From a bacterium (GTDB lineage Bacteria > Bacillota > Clostridia > Christensenellales > Aristaeellaceae): a stretch of DNA of 64,000 bases. How positions within the stretch are numbered: the first letter of the stretch is position 1; the number at the start of each line of letters is the position of its first letter. The notes beneath the pieces were generated by a model. That model did not search any database. It had not been told where the DNA came from and was given only the letters and a program-made list of their open reading frames with translations. The stretch is from the NCBI GenBank assembly GCA_004563405.1, contig SFTH01000003.1:41194-105193 (forward strand), in the 5' to 3' direction. Position numbers and translations under genes: made by a program. Shown piece after piece: positions 1 to 9,447 of this stretch.

Positions 1-1728
1 AGCATGGAGGGCGGGGGAAACCTGCGGGTGCAGGAGGCCGGATGCCCCCAGGGCACGACCCTCGTGATGCGGGATCTGTTCTTCAACGTGCCGGTGCGCC
101 GTGCCTTCCTGAAGAAGCCCGGCTACGAGGCGGGTCTGGTGAGCGACGCGGTGGCGCGCATGCTGCTGGGAAATCCGGGCGTATCCATGCGCTTTGTCAA
201 CGGCGGAAACACGCTCTTTCACAGCTTTGGAGACGGCAAGCTGCGCCACGCGGTGTTCGCCGTCTACGGGCGGGAGACCGCAGAGGGCATGGTGGAGCTG
301 GACGCCTCCGAGGGCGGCACGCGCATCCACGGCCTCATCGGCGTGGGAGAGCTGGCCAAGGCCAGCCGCGCCCATCAGCTCTTCTACATCAACGGCCGCT
401 CGGTGCGCTGCCCGCTGCTCTCGAAGGCGCTGGAGCAGGTGTGCCGCAGCCGCGTGACCATCGGCATGTATCCCATGTGCGTGCTGAATCTGGTGATTCC
501 GCCCACAGGCGTGGATGTGAACGTGCACCCCAACAAGCTGGAGGTGCGCTTCCGGGACGAGGAAATGATGCGCGCCGCCTGCGAGCGCCTGCTGGCGCGG
601 GCCTTTGAGGGAGAGCGCGTATTGCAGATTGAAAAGCTGACCGCCGAGCCGCCGAGGGTGGAGCGCCGCGCGGAGGTGCGCGAGATCTCTCGGGTGGATG
701 TGGAGCCGCGCGCCGAAGGCGGGGAAGCGCCCAAAGCTGCGGGCAAGGGCGCGGCGGCCTTTGGGGAGGGCTTCAAGCCCCAGATGCCGCCCCTGCCCAC
801 GCACGCCGCAGCGGAGCAGCTCCGACTGGAGCTGGAGCGCGGTCAGGGGTCAGCTCTGCGGGAGGATCGGCTTGCGCCGCAGATGGGGCCGCTGAAGGTC
901 ATAGACGTCTCCGGGGCGGAGGCGCAGAGGCCAAAGGATCCTGCGCCCGGGGCCGGTGGAAGCCGGAGTGATTCCGCTGCCGCCGTGCGCGGAGCTTCCG
1001 GGAGCCAGCCGGGCGCCGCCAGTGGCATGGACGGGACTGCCGCGGAGCGCATCGGAGACCGGGGCGGGGCCGTGGCGGCGGGCGCTCCCGGCCAGGTTGC
1101 GCCTATGCCAGACGTACCCTCGCCTGCGCCGCAACCGCCGGAGGTGAAGCGGGAGCTGCCGTCCTGGCGGGTGATCGGCGTGGCCTTCAGGACCTACATA
1201 CTGGTGGAGTCCGGCGATACACTGATGCTCATCGACCAGCACGCCGCCCACGAGCGACTGCAATACGAGCGCTACATGGCCCGGGCCCGGGAGGGCGCGG
1301 CGAGCCAGCAACTGCTCGCGCCGCTGGTGCTGCACCTCTCTGCCCGGGAGATGGCGGCGGTGACGGAGAACATGCCCCTTCTCGAGGAGGTGGGCTATGC
1401 CGTGGAACCCTTTGGCGACAGCGACGTGCGCGTCACGGCGGTACCCTTCATCATGGGCAAGGCGGAGCTGCGGCCCCTGTTTCTGGAGACGGCCCAGAGC
1501 CTGAGCCAGCTCAGGAGCGCCGCGCTGGACGCGCGCCGGGGAGAGATCATGCAGATGGCCTGCAAAAGCGCGGTGAAGGCCGGGGACGCGCTGACCGATT
1601 CGGAAATCGCAGCGCTGATCTCCGATATGCTGGAGACCGGCGCGCCGCCCACCTGCCCCCACGGCCGGCCCGTGGTCAAGACGCTCACCCGACGGGAGCT
1701 GGAAAAAATGTTCAAGCGCATTCAATGA
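1..1728 (+). CDS. mutL: DNA mismatch repair endonuclease MutL, 5' end cut by window edge
   Basis: Frame is open to the window start. C-terminal endonuclease motifs DQHAAHERL, ACKSAVKAGD and CPHGRP are present. A long Ala/Gly/Pro-rich linker precedes them. miaA follows with an ATGA overlap. Confidence 0.9.
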   Translation, partial: SMEGGGNLRVQEAGCPQGTTLVMRDLFFNVPVRRAFLKKPGYEAGLVSDAVARMLLGNPGVSMRFVNGGNTLFHSFGDGKLRHAVFAVYGRETAEGMVELDASEGGTRIHGLIGVGELAKASRAHQLFYINGRSVRCPLLSKALEQVCRSRVTIGMYPMCVLNLVIPPTGVDVNVHPNKLEVRFRDEEMMRAACERLLARAFEGERVLQIEKLTAEPPRVERRAEVREISRVDVEPRAEGGEAPKAAGKGAAAFGEGFKPQMPPLPTHAAAEQLRLELERGQGSALREDRLAPQMGPLKVIDVSGAEAQRPKDPAPGAGGSRSDSAAAVRGASGSQPGAASGMDGTAAERIGDRGGAVAAGAPGQVAPMPDVPSPAPQPPEVKRELPSWRVIGVAFRTYILVESGDTLMLIDQHAAHERLQYERYMARAREGAASQQLLAPLVLHLSAREMAAVTENMPLLEEVGYAVEPFGDSDVRVTAVPFIMGKAELRPLFLETAQSLSQLRSAALDARRGEIMQMACKSAVKAGDALTDSEIAALISDMLETGAPPTCPHGRPVVKTLTRRELEKMFKRIQ

Positions 1729-2663
1729 GGAATATGAAGCCGAAACTGATCGTGATCGCCGGGCCAACAGCGTCCGGAAAGACCGCCTGCGCGGTGGAGA
1801 TGTGCCATCGCGTGGGCGGAGAGGTGATCTCTGCGGATTCCATGCAGCTCTACCGGGGCATGGATATCCTGAGCGCGAAGCCCACCCGGGAGGAGATGGG
1901 CGGCGTGCTCCATCACATGCTGGGCGTGGCGGATCCGGCGGAGAAGTATTCCGCCGCGCGCTACCGGGACGAGGCGAAGGCCGCCATCGCGGACGTGCTC
2001 GCCCGGAGCAGGACGCCCGTGCTCTGCGGAGGCACGGGCCTTTACATCAATGCCGTCACGCGGCCCATGGAGTTTTCTGAAAAGTGCGACCCGGAGCTTC
2101 GCCGGGAGCTGCTCGAAATGGCCGAGGCCCCCGGCGGGCGGCGCAGGCTGCACGACATGCTCGCGCAGATCGACCCCGAGGCAGCGGCGCGGCTGCATGA
2201 AAACGACGTGCGCCGGGTGACGCGGGCGATCGAGGTCTACCGGCTCACGGGCAGAACCCAGACCGAGCAGGCACGGCTGGACGCGCAGCGGGAGGGGGAC
2301 TACCGGGAGACGGTGTTTGCGCTGCGCTGGCCGCGGGAAGCGCTCTACGCGCGAATTGACCGCCGGGTGGACGATATGGTCGCGGCTGGACTGATCGACG
2401 AGGTGCGCGCGCTCACCCGGGACGCGCGCAGCCATCCAACGGCGCTTCAGGCCATCGGCTACAAGGAGATCGCCGCGGCGCTGGAGGGGCGGATGCCCAT
2501 GGACGAGGCGGTGGCGCTGGTCAAGCAGCTCTCCCGCAACTACGCGAAGAAGCAGATGACCTGGTTTCAGCGGGACGCCCGCGCGCGCTGGATCGATGCG
2601 ATGGGCAAAACCGTGGAGCAGATTGTGGATGAAATGATTGAGATTCTGGAGGCAGAAAGATGA
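1725..2663 (+). CDS. miaA: tRNA dimethylallyltransferase
   Basis: P-loop IAGPTASGKTA and SADSMQLYRGMDI motif. Position directly after mutL. Confidence 0.9.
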   Translation: MRNMKPKLIVIAGPTASGKTACAVEMCHRVGGEVISADSMQLYRGMDILSAKPTREEMGGVLHHMLGVADPAEKYSAARYRDEAKAAIADVLARSRTPVLCGGTGLYINAVTRPMEFSEKCDPELRRELLEMAEAPGGRRRLHDMLAQIDPEAAARLHENDVRRVTRAIEVYRLTGRTQTEQARLDAQREGDYRETVFALRWPREALYARIDRRVDDMVAAGLIDEVRALTRDARSHPTALQAIGYKEIAAALEGRMPMDEAVALVKQLSRNYAKKQMTWFQRDARARWIDAMGKTVEQIVDEMIEILEAER

Positions 2664-3922
2664 AGATGAACATGCCCGTGCCCGGAGCGGAAGTGGAGGC
2701 GCTGATCGCGCGCGCCGAGGCGGATTGCGCCGGGGCCTTTGCCCGGATGGACGAAATTGAGCTTTGCAACACGCGGAAGGTGATCGCGACTTTCCAGAAG
2801 CATCGCGTCTCCGCGCGCCACTTTGCGCCCACGACCGGATACGGCTACGACGATATCGGCCGGGATACGCTGGGCGAGATGTTTGCGGACGTTCTGGGAA
2901 CGGAGACCGCCCTGGTGCGGCCGCAGATCGTCTCCGGCACCCACGCGCTGGCGCTGTGCCTGTTCGGCGTGCTGCGCCCGGGAGACGTGCTGCTCTCCGG
3001 CGCGGGCAAGCCCTACGACACCATGGAGGAGGTCATTGGCATCGCCGGGGAGGCGGGCAACGGCTCCCTCCGGGACATGGGCGTGGACTACCGCCAGGTG
3101 GAGCTGAAGGACGGAAGGATTGACGTGGAGGGCATCCTCGCGGCGCTCACGCCGGAGGTGAAGCTGGTGCTTCTGCAGCGCAGCAGAGGCTACGACTGGC
3201 GACCCTCGCTGTCGGTGGAGGAGCTCAACGCTGCCATCGACGCCATTCATGCCCGCCAGCCGGAGACCTGCGTGATGGTGGACAACTGCTACGGCGAGTT
3301 TACCAACCCGGAGGAGCCCCGGGCCGATCTGATGGCGGGGTCGCTGATCAAGAACCCCGGCGGCGGCCTGGCGCCCACGGGCGGCTACATTGCGGGCAGG
3401 GCGCGCTTTGTGGAGCTGGTTTCCTACCGGCTCACCTCGCCGGGCATCGGCGCGGAGGTGGGCTCCTACGCGGGCAGCTACCAGCCCTTCTATCAGGGCC
3501 TGTTCCAGGCCCCGCACACGGTGGCACAGGCGGTCAAGAGCGCGATTCTGGCCGCGCGTGTATTCGAGCTGCTGGGCTTCGACGTGCATCCCCGCTACGA
3601 CGCGCCCCGCAACGACATCATCGAGGCCATACGCTTCGGCTCTGACATGCGGCTGATCCGCTTCATTCAGTCGATTCAGCTCTGCTCGCCGGTGGACGCG
3701 GAGGCCGTGCCCGAGCCCTGGGCGATGCCGGGCTATCAGGATCCGGTGATCATGGCGGCGGGCACCTTCGTCTCCGGCGCCTCGGTGGAGCTGAGCGCGG
3801 ACGCGCCGGTGCGCGCACCCTACATCGCCTATCTTCAGGGCGCGCTGACCTACGCGCACGGCCGCATCGCCGTGGCCGGTGCGGTGCAGCGGATGCTGGA
3901 GGAGGGACTCGTGCAGCTCTGA
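2660..3922 (+). CDS. PLP-dependent methionine gamma-lyase family protein (YnbB / aluminium-resistance type)
   Basis: Family-typical SLIKNPGGG lysine motif and overall length. ATGA overlap with miaA. Confidence 0.75.
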   Translation: MKMNMPVPGAEVEALIARAEADCAGAFARMDEIELCNTRKVIATFQKHRVSARHFAPTTGYGYDDIGRDTLGEMFADVLGTETALVRPQIVSGTHALALCLFGVLRPGDVLLSGAGKPYDTMEEVIGIAGEAGNGSLRDMGVDYRQVELKDGRIDVEGILAALTPEVKLVLLQRSRGYDWRPSLSVEELNAAIDAIHARQPETCVMVDNCYGEFTNPEEPRADLMAGSLIKNPGGGLAPTGGYIAGRARFVELVSYRLTSPGIGAEVGSYAGSYQPFYQGLFQAPHTVAQAVKSAILAARVFELLGFDVHPRYDAPRNDIIEAIRFGSDMRLIRFIQSIQLCSPVDAEAVPEPWAMPGYQDPVIMAAGTFVSGASVELSADAPVRAPYIAYLQGALTYAHGRIAVAGAVQRMLEEGLVQL

Positions 3923-4089
3923 AGACGAAATGTAAAAAATTGAGCCGAAAATTTACGTTAAATAATATCGCACGGGCGAATGTGTGAAAAGATTTTACAA
4001 GTCCATGATATAATCAAGTTGAGGTTAAATGTGTATGAAGCAGACACGCCTCTGGTTGATCAATTTACCGAGGAAAGGCCGAGATTGAT

Positions 4090-5142
4090 ATGGACTTGTC
4101 ATTTCAGTATTTCTGGTCGCAGATTACCCAAAACCCACTGCTGATGGTGGCGGCAGTGCTCACCCTGGGCGTGATCCTGGTCAACGGTTCGACGGATGCG
4201 CCCAACGCAATCGCTACCTGTGTCACAACCCGCTGCATGTCCGCGCAGTCCGCGCTGATCATGGCCGCAATCTTCAACTTTCTGGGCGTGTTCGTCATGA
4301 GTATGATCAACGCCACCGTTGCGCAGACCATCACCAACCTGGTGGATCTGGGCGAAAACTCCCACATCGCCATTGTTGCGCTCAGCGCGGCGCTGTTCTC
4401 CATCGTGGTCTTTTCCGCGGTCGCCTGGTTCTTCGGACTGCCCAGCAGCCAGAGCCACGCACTGGTGGCGGGACTTACCGGCAGCGCGGTCGCGATTCAC
4501 GGCAACTTCTCCGGCGTGAACGGCGGTGAGTGGCTGAAGGTCATCTACGGCCTGGCGATTTCGGTCGTGCTGGGCTTCTGCGCAGGTTGGCTGGTGTGCA
4601 AGCTGGTGGAACTGCTGTTCCGCAAGGCGAACCGGCGGCGCACAGACGGAGCCTTCCGCTACGCGCAGATCTTCGCGGCGGCGGCCATGAGCTTCATGCA
4701 CGGCGCACAGGATGGACAGAAGTTCATGGGCGCGATGCTTTTGAGCCTGTTCCTGGCCAACGGCCAGAGCACGAGCACGGTGGTGCAGGTGCCCATCTGG
4801 ATGATGCTGATCTGCTCCCTGGTCATGGGCTTCGGAACGGCCATCAGCGGCAAGAAGATCATCAAGTCCGTGGGCATGGACATGGTGAAGGTGGAGAAGT
4901 ATCAGGGCTTCTCGGCGGACATCGCCGCCTCCATCTGCCTGCTGTTCAGCTCCATCTTCGGCATCCCGGTGTCCTCCACCCACGCAAAGACCACGGCGAT
5001 CATGGGCGTGGGCGCGGTGCACCGCATCTCTGCGATCAATTTCTCCGTGGTGAAGGAAATGGCCATGACCTGGCTGCTCACGTTTCCGGCCTGCGGCGTG
5101 ATTGCATTTATTATCACCAAAATTTTCCTTATGATCTTCTGA
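4090..5142 (+). CDS. PiT-family inorganic phosphate transporter
   Basis: Polytopic membrane protein with GSTDAPNAIAT near the N terminus and a repeated PVSSTHAKT motif near the C terminus. Confidence 0.85.
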   Translation: MDLSFQYFWSQITQNPLLMVAAVLTLGVILVNGSTDAPNAIATCVTTRCMSAQSALIMAAIFNFLGVFVMSMINATVAQTITNLVDLGENSHIAIVALSAALFSIVVFSAVAWFFGLPSSQSHALVAGLTGSAVAIHGNFSGVNGGEWLKVIYGLAISVVLGFCAGWLVCKLVELLFRKANRRRTDGAFRYAQIFAAAAMSFMHGAQDGQKFMGAMLLSLFLANGQSTSTVVQVPIWMMLICSLVMGFGTAISGKKIIKSVGMDMVKVEKYQGFSADIAASICLLFSSIFGIPVSSTHAKTTAIMGVGAVHRISAINFSVVKEMAMTWLLTFPACGVIAFIITKIFLMIF

Positions 5143-5170
5143 TTGAAGCACAGAGAGGGGACAGACAACC

Positions 5171-5794
5171 ATGGCAAACAAGGCGGATCGTTTTTACTTT
5201 CAAAACTTTGTGCAGGCGGCGGAGTGCTGCTGCAAGGCCGCAGACTATCTGGTGGAGTGCCTGGTCAACTACGACCCGAAGCGCATTCGCTTCATGCTGG
5301 AATCCATGCACGCCTATGAGCACATGGCGGACATGAAGAAGCACGAAATGTCCTCCGCGCTGGCGAAGGCGTTCATCACCCCTCTGGATCGCGAGGATCT
5401 GGCCGAGCTGAGCCAGAACATCGACGAGGCGGTGGACTGCATCGAGGAAGTGCTGCAGCGCTTCTATGTGAACCAGATTCAGGTGGTGCTCCCCGAGGCG
5501 ATTGAATTCGCAAAGAAGATCGCTGGATGCGCGCGCCTGATGAAGGATATGATGCTGGAATTTGAGAACTACAAGAAGTTTGACGCGCTCCAGAAGCTCA
5601 TCATCGAGCTCAACCATACGGAGGAGGAGTGCGACGCATACTACCTGGAGGCGACGGTGAAGCTGCGCGGCGAGTGCGAGGACGTGCTGGACGTGATCTC
5701 CTGGCGGGAGATTTACGATTACATGGAGAACTGCGCCGACGCCTGCGAGCACGTCGCGGATTCCGTCGAAACCGTCGTGATGAAGAACACATAA
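5171..5794 (+). CDS. DUF47 / PhoU-like phosphate transport regulator
   Basis: About 200-aa helical protein adjacent to PiT. Sequence pattern is typical of the DUF47 (YkaA-like) family. Confidence 0.75.
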   Translation: MANKADRFYFQNFVQAAECCCKAADYLVECLVNYDPKRIRFMLESMHAYEHMADMKKHEMSSALAKAFITPLDREDLAELSQNIDEAVDCIEEVLQRFYVNQIQVVLPEAIEFAKKIAGCARLMKDMMLEFENYKKFDALQKLIIELNHTEEECDAYYLEATVKLRGECEDVLDVISWREIYDYMENCADACEHVADSVETVVMKNT

Positions 5795-5838
5795 GCATTT
5801 GTGCCCGCTTCGCGCTGCGGAGGAAACCGCCGAGGTGT

Positions 5839-5882
5839 GCGAAAGCGCCCGCCGGATCCCTGGATCCGACGGGCGCTTTCGC
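5839..5882. terminator. GC-rich long hairpin between convergent DUF47 and lexA genes
   Basis: GCGAAAGCGCCCG...CGGGCGCTTTCGC arms with an inner CGGATCC/GGATCCG stem. No clear U-run on either strand. Confidence 0.45.
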
Positions 5883-5894
5883 ATGTTGCGCGCC

Positions 5895-6491
5895 TCAGAA
5901 CTGGCGAAACAGAGCGACGACCTTGCCGAGCACCTGCGCACTGGGCGCGTAGATGGGCTCCATGTAGCGGTTTTCCGGCTGGAGGCGGACGCGGTTCTCC
6001 TCGTAAAAGATGCGCTTGACGGTGGCTTCGTCGTCGATCATGGCGACCACCACTTCGCCGTTCTCGGCGCTGTCCTGCTGGCGCACGACGATTACGTCGC
6101 CGTCGAGTATGCCGATTTCAATCATGCTTTCGCCCTGCACGCGCAGGCAGAAGAGCTCGTCGTGGCCGAGCATGCTCTGGGGCAGGGTCAGGTAGTCCTC
6201 GATGTTCTGGGTGGCGAGGATGGGCAGGCCCGCTGTCACTTTGCCCACCAGCGGCACGCTGCGGCCCCGGGGCACGCTGTTGTCCAGCACCTCGAGGGCG
6301 CGCGGCTTGGTGGAGTCCCGACGGATGAGGCCCTTCTTTTCCAGGTTGTTCAGATGGGCGTGCACCGTGGAGGTGGATTTGAGACCTACGGCGGCGCAGA
6401 TCTCGCGCACCGACGGCGGATAGCCCTTCTCTTCAATTTCCCTGCGGATGAAGTCCAGAATCTTCTTCTGATTCTCCTCTGATGCGCGCAT
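5895..6491 (-). CDS. lexA: LexA repressor
   Basis: N-terminal wHTH ([28 protein letters not shown]). Autocleavage Ser (VQGESM) and Lys (ATVKR). Confidence 0.93.
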   Translation of the reverse strand: MRASEENQKKILDFIRREIEEKGYPPSVREICAAVGLKSTSTVHAHLNNLEKKGLIRRDSTKPRALEVLDNSVPRGRSVPLVGKVTAGLPILATQNIEDYLTLPQSMLGHDELFCLRVQGESMIEIGILDGDVIVVRQQDSAENGEVVVAMIDDEATVKRIFYEENRVRLQPENRYMEPIYAPSAQVLGKVVALFRQF

Positions 6492-6578
6492 GCTGCTCTC
6501 CTCCGTTTTTCAAGGCGGCCCGGCGCTCGATTCTCGCGAGCGGCCCGCCGCGCTGACGCTGTTTTTCCGTACATTTTG

Positions 6579-6607
6579 ATTATACGCGATTGCACGAAAA
6601 TATGCAA
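6579..6607 (-). promoter_or_regulatory. Candidate sigma-A promoter of lexA (TTGCAT-17-TATAAT on minus strand)
   Basis: The minus strand reads TATAAT at 6584-6579 and TTGCAT at 6607-6602, with a 17-nt spacer. Confidence 0.45.
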
Positions 6608-6618
6608 ACGTCTGTTCG
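6605..6618 (-). promoter_or_regulatory. Cheo-type LexA box
   Basis: The minus strand reads CGAACAGACGTTTG (GAAC-N4-GTTT). It overlaps the putative -35 of lexA, about 115 nt upstream of the lexA start. Confidence 0.55.
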
Positions 6619-6697
6619 GACTCCGAAAGGAAATTCGCGCTTTTTTAACAATAATCTGTGACGGAGTTCTTAAATACTGTGAAAAGAATGTCAAATA

Positions 6698-6728
6698 TTG
6701 TCTGGTGTGGTGTGGGGTATGATATAAT
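6698..6728 (+). promoter_or_regulatory. Candidate extended -10 promoter for the division cluster
   Basis: TGATATAAT at 6720-6728. The -35-like TTGTCT lies 19 nt upstream, which is a long spacer. Confidence 0.3.
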
Positions 6729-6882
6729 AAACCCACTCGAACATGGGCAAAATTTGCGTGCTGTGTTCGTATTTCACTGAGTTGTCCGGCATAGGAAATG
6801 GTGGCGGTCGCGCCGCCGCGCCTTCTCGGGCGGGAGCAAAGTGTTCCCGGAGAGTTCTTTGAAGAAAGGCAGGGGAATAGAT

Positions 6883-7260
6883 ATGAGCATGCAAGGTGTG
6901 CGCTCCCAAAGGGAGAGAAGAACAATTGCACGGAACCGGAGACTTCTGATTCTGGCGGCGCTGGTGCTCTTTGCGGGCCTGTTTCTCCAGATCACGATGC
7001 TCTCCCGCATTTCCCTGCAGACCAAGCGCGCCTCCGCAGTGGAGAAGGAGCTGGTGGAGCTCAATGCAAATGCGCAGAACCTGGAATTGAGCATCAACCA
7101 GTATCACAACCTCGAGGCCATCGCGGCCCGCGCGCAGCAGCTGGGCATGGAACAGCCCGACGAGACACAGATCCGCGTCGTGAACGTGGCGAAAATCAAT
7201 CAGGAGGATACGTCCACCCAGACCGCCGGAAGCTTCGGCGGAGAGAAAGTTCTGAATTGA
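6883..7260 (+). CDS. ftsL: FtsL-like cell division protein (single TM plus coiled coil)
   Basis: Basic N terminus, TM segment LLILAALVLFAGLFLQI, coiled coil, and an ARAQQLGMEQP motif of the FtsL/DivIC type. First gene of the cluster. Start chosen at the ATG 42 nt inside the tracked ORF. Confidence 0.6.
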   Translation: MSMQGVRSQRERRTIARNRRLLILAALVLFAGLFLQITMLSRISLQTKRASAVEKELVELNANAQNLELSINQYHNLEAIAARAQQLGMEQPDETQIRVVNVAKINQEDTSTQTAGSFGGEKVLN

Positions 7261-7279
7261 CGCTTTCTGGCGGGGAGGG

Positions 7280-9409
7280 ATGAAATTGGTTCTGACCGGG
7301 CCTGTCATCCGTCGCCGCCTTGCGCTATTGATGGCCGTGTTTTTTGCGCTCTTTCTCGTGCTCTGCGCCCGGCTGTTTCAGTTGCAGATACTCGAGGCGC
7401 AGAGCCTTCAGATGCGCGCGCAGGCCCAGTGGACCAGCGAGAGCACCATACAGCCCACCCGGGGCCGGATTCTGGACCGCAACGGCGCGGTGCTCGCCCA
7501 GAGCGCCACGGCCTATACGCTCTCCGTAAGCCCGCGGCAGGTGAAGGATCCGGGCCGCATGGCCCGCCTCCTCGCGCCCGTTCTGGATGTGCGGGAGGAG
7601 ACGCTGGTTCAAAGGGCCTCGGACACCTCGAAGGGCGGCGTGACTCTGAAGCGCCAGCTTTCCCGGGATGTGGCGCAGGAGATCAAGGCGCTGATGGCAT
7701 GGGATGCGGCGAGCGACGATCCCGTGCTGGGCGGGCTGTATCTGGAGGAGGAGAGCAAGAGATACTATCCCATGGGGGAGATGGCCTGCCAGGTCCTGGG
7801 GTTGACCACCATCGACGGCGTTGGGCAGGCGGGGCTGGAGCAGGCGCTGGACAGCTATCTTTCCGGAAAGGCCGGGCGCGTGCTGGAGGAGATTGACGGC
7901 AAGGGCCGGGAGCTGGACTATTCCGCCAGCGAGTACATCGCCGCCGTGGAGGGCGGCACGGTGGCGCTGACCATCGATGCCTCCATACAGAGCTTTGCAG
8001 AGCGTGCGGCCCGTGAGGCGCTGTCCATGAACAGCGCAAAGGCTGTGCGCGTGCTGGTGATGGATCCCAATACGGGCGAAATTCTGGCCATGGTGAACAA
8101 GCCGGACTACGACCTGAACGACCCGCCCCGGGACGATGTGGAGACCTTGACGGAGCGGATGCGCAACCGCTGCATCACCGACGCCTATGAGCCGGGCTCC
8201 ACCTTCAAGATTCTCACCGCTGCGGCGGCGCTGGACAGCGCGCTGGTCTCTCCCGGCGAGGGTTTTTTCTGCACGGGCTCGATTCATGTGGACGGCGGGC
8301 GCATCCGCTGCTGGGGCCGTCCACACGGCGCGGAGACCTTCGCTCAGGCTCTGCAGAATTCCTGCAATCCCGTATTTGTGGAAATGGGACTGCGGCTGGG
8401 CGTGGAGCGCTTCTACGACTATCTGGAGGCCTTCGGACTGGGAAAGTCTACGGGTGTGGATCTTCCGGGCGAGGCGGGCGGCATACTCATCGCGGAAAAG
8501 AATGTCAAACGCGTGGATCTTGCGCGCATTGGCTTCGGCCAGTCCGTGGCGCTCACACCCCTGCAGCTGCTCTGCGCCACATGCAGCGTGGTCAACGGGG
8601 GGAACCTGATGACCCCCTACATCGTCAAAAGCATCGCGGACGGGAGCGGGGAGCTTCTTCAGACGGGTCGATCGACGGTTCGGAGCCATCCGATTTCGGC
8701 GGAGACCTCCGCGACCATGCGCGCGCTGCTGGAGGGCGTGGTGAAAGAGGGCGGCGGCAAGAACGCCGCCATACCGGGCTACCGCATCGGCGGCAAGACG
8801 GGGACGGCGCAGGTGTATGTGGACGGCGTCGTTTCCACGGATAAACACATCGGCTCGTTCGTGGGTTTTGCGCCCATAGACGATCCGCAGGTGGCCGTGC
8901 TGGTAATCGTCGAGGAGGCGGATGTGCCCATCGACTTCGGCAGCGTAACAGCGGCGCCCTTCGCGCGGGAGATCCTGGAGCAGACGCTGATGTATCTGGG
9001 CATTGCGCCCCAGAGCGACGCGCCGGAGCCGGAGCAGGTGCGCGTGCCCCAGGTGACGGGCATGAACCTGACGGAGGCCGCCGCCGCCGTGAAGGCGGCC
9101 GGGCTGGACTGCGTGTTCGACGGTGAGGGCGGCGTGGTGAAGGGCCAGCTCCCGGCGGCGGGCGCGGAGATGCCCGCGGGTTCGCTGATGATGCTCTATG
9201 TTGACAACTTAACAGAAATCAGCAATAATGATAAGGTTACCGTACCTGACGTTTCGGGGCTCTCCGTTCTGGAGGCCAACCGGATGCTCAGATCCTACGG
9301 TTTGAAGCTACAGATTGAGGGCGGCGGCCTGGCGTCAAAGCAGGAGCCGGCCGCCGGCAGCGAGGTCTTTCCCACGGCGACGGTGAAGGTCTGGTTTGAA
9401 CCGCCGTGA
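7280..9409 (+). CDS. Class B penicillin-binding protein (PBP2B/SpoVD/FtsI type) with two PASTA repeats
   Basis: STFK, SCN and KTGT active-site motifs. Two C-terminal PASTA-like repeats (VPQVTGMNL..., VPDVSGLSV...). N-terminal TM segment. Confidence 0.9.
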   Translation: MKLVLTGPVIRRRLALLMAVFFALFLVLCARLFQLQILEAQSLQMRAQAQWTSESTIQPTRGRILDRNGAVLAQSATAYTLSVSPRQVKDPGRMARLLAPVLDVREETLVQRASDTSKGGVTLKRQLSRDVAQEIKALMAWDAASDDPVLGGLYLEEESKRYYPMGEMACQVLGLTTIDGVGQAGLEQALDSYLSGKAGRVLEEIDGKGRELDYSASEYIAAVEGGTVALTIDASIQSFAERAAREALSMNSAKAVRVLVMDPNTGEILAMVNKPDYDLNDPPRDDVETLTERMRNRCITDAYEPGSTFKILTAAAALDSALVSPGEGFFCTGSIHVDGGRIRCWGRPHGAETFAQALQNSCNPVFVEMGLRLGVERFYDYLEAFGLGKSTGVDLPGEAGGILIAEKNVKRVDLARIGFGQSVALTPLQLLCATCSVVNGGNLMTPYIVKSIADGSGELLQTGRSTVRSHPISAETSATMRALLEGVVKEGGGKNAAIPGYRIGGKTGTAQVYVDGVVSTDKHIGSFVGFAPIDDPQVAVLVIVEEADVPIDFGSVTAAPFAREILEQTLMYLGIAPQSDAPEPEQVRVPQVTGMNLTEAAAAVKAAGLDCVFDGEGGVVKGQLPAAGAEMPAGSLMMLYVDNLTEISNNDKVTVPDVSGLSVLEANRMLRSYGLKLQIEGGGLASKQEPAAGSEVFPTATVKVWFEPP

Positions 9410-9447
9410 GGGAGGAGCGCCTTGAGAAATTTACAGGGGGATGCCGA

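Noticed and set aside
850-1767. 305-aa minus-strand ORF antisense to mutL. Similar cases are 2567-3859, 4099-5181 and 5129-5941.
   Set aside because: These lie fully inside well-supported genes on the other strand. Their translations are Arg/Ala/Gly/His-rich with no motifs. They are the stop-poor shadow frames typical of high-GC DNA.
3923-4089. Possible Pho-box-like TTTACA/TTAAAT repeats and an extended -10 (TGATATAAT, 4006-4014) upstream of the PiT gene.
   Set aside because: The hexamers do not fall at the 11-bp phasing required for PhoP/PhoB boxes, and no acceptable -35 is present. The evidence is too weak to call.
6738-6769. CGAAC...N21...GTTCG pair near the division-cluster promoter, considered as a second LexA box.
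   Set aside because: The half-sites are 21 nt apart instead of 4, and neither half has a proper partner at Cheo-box spacing.
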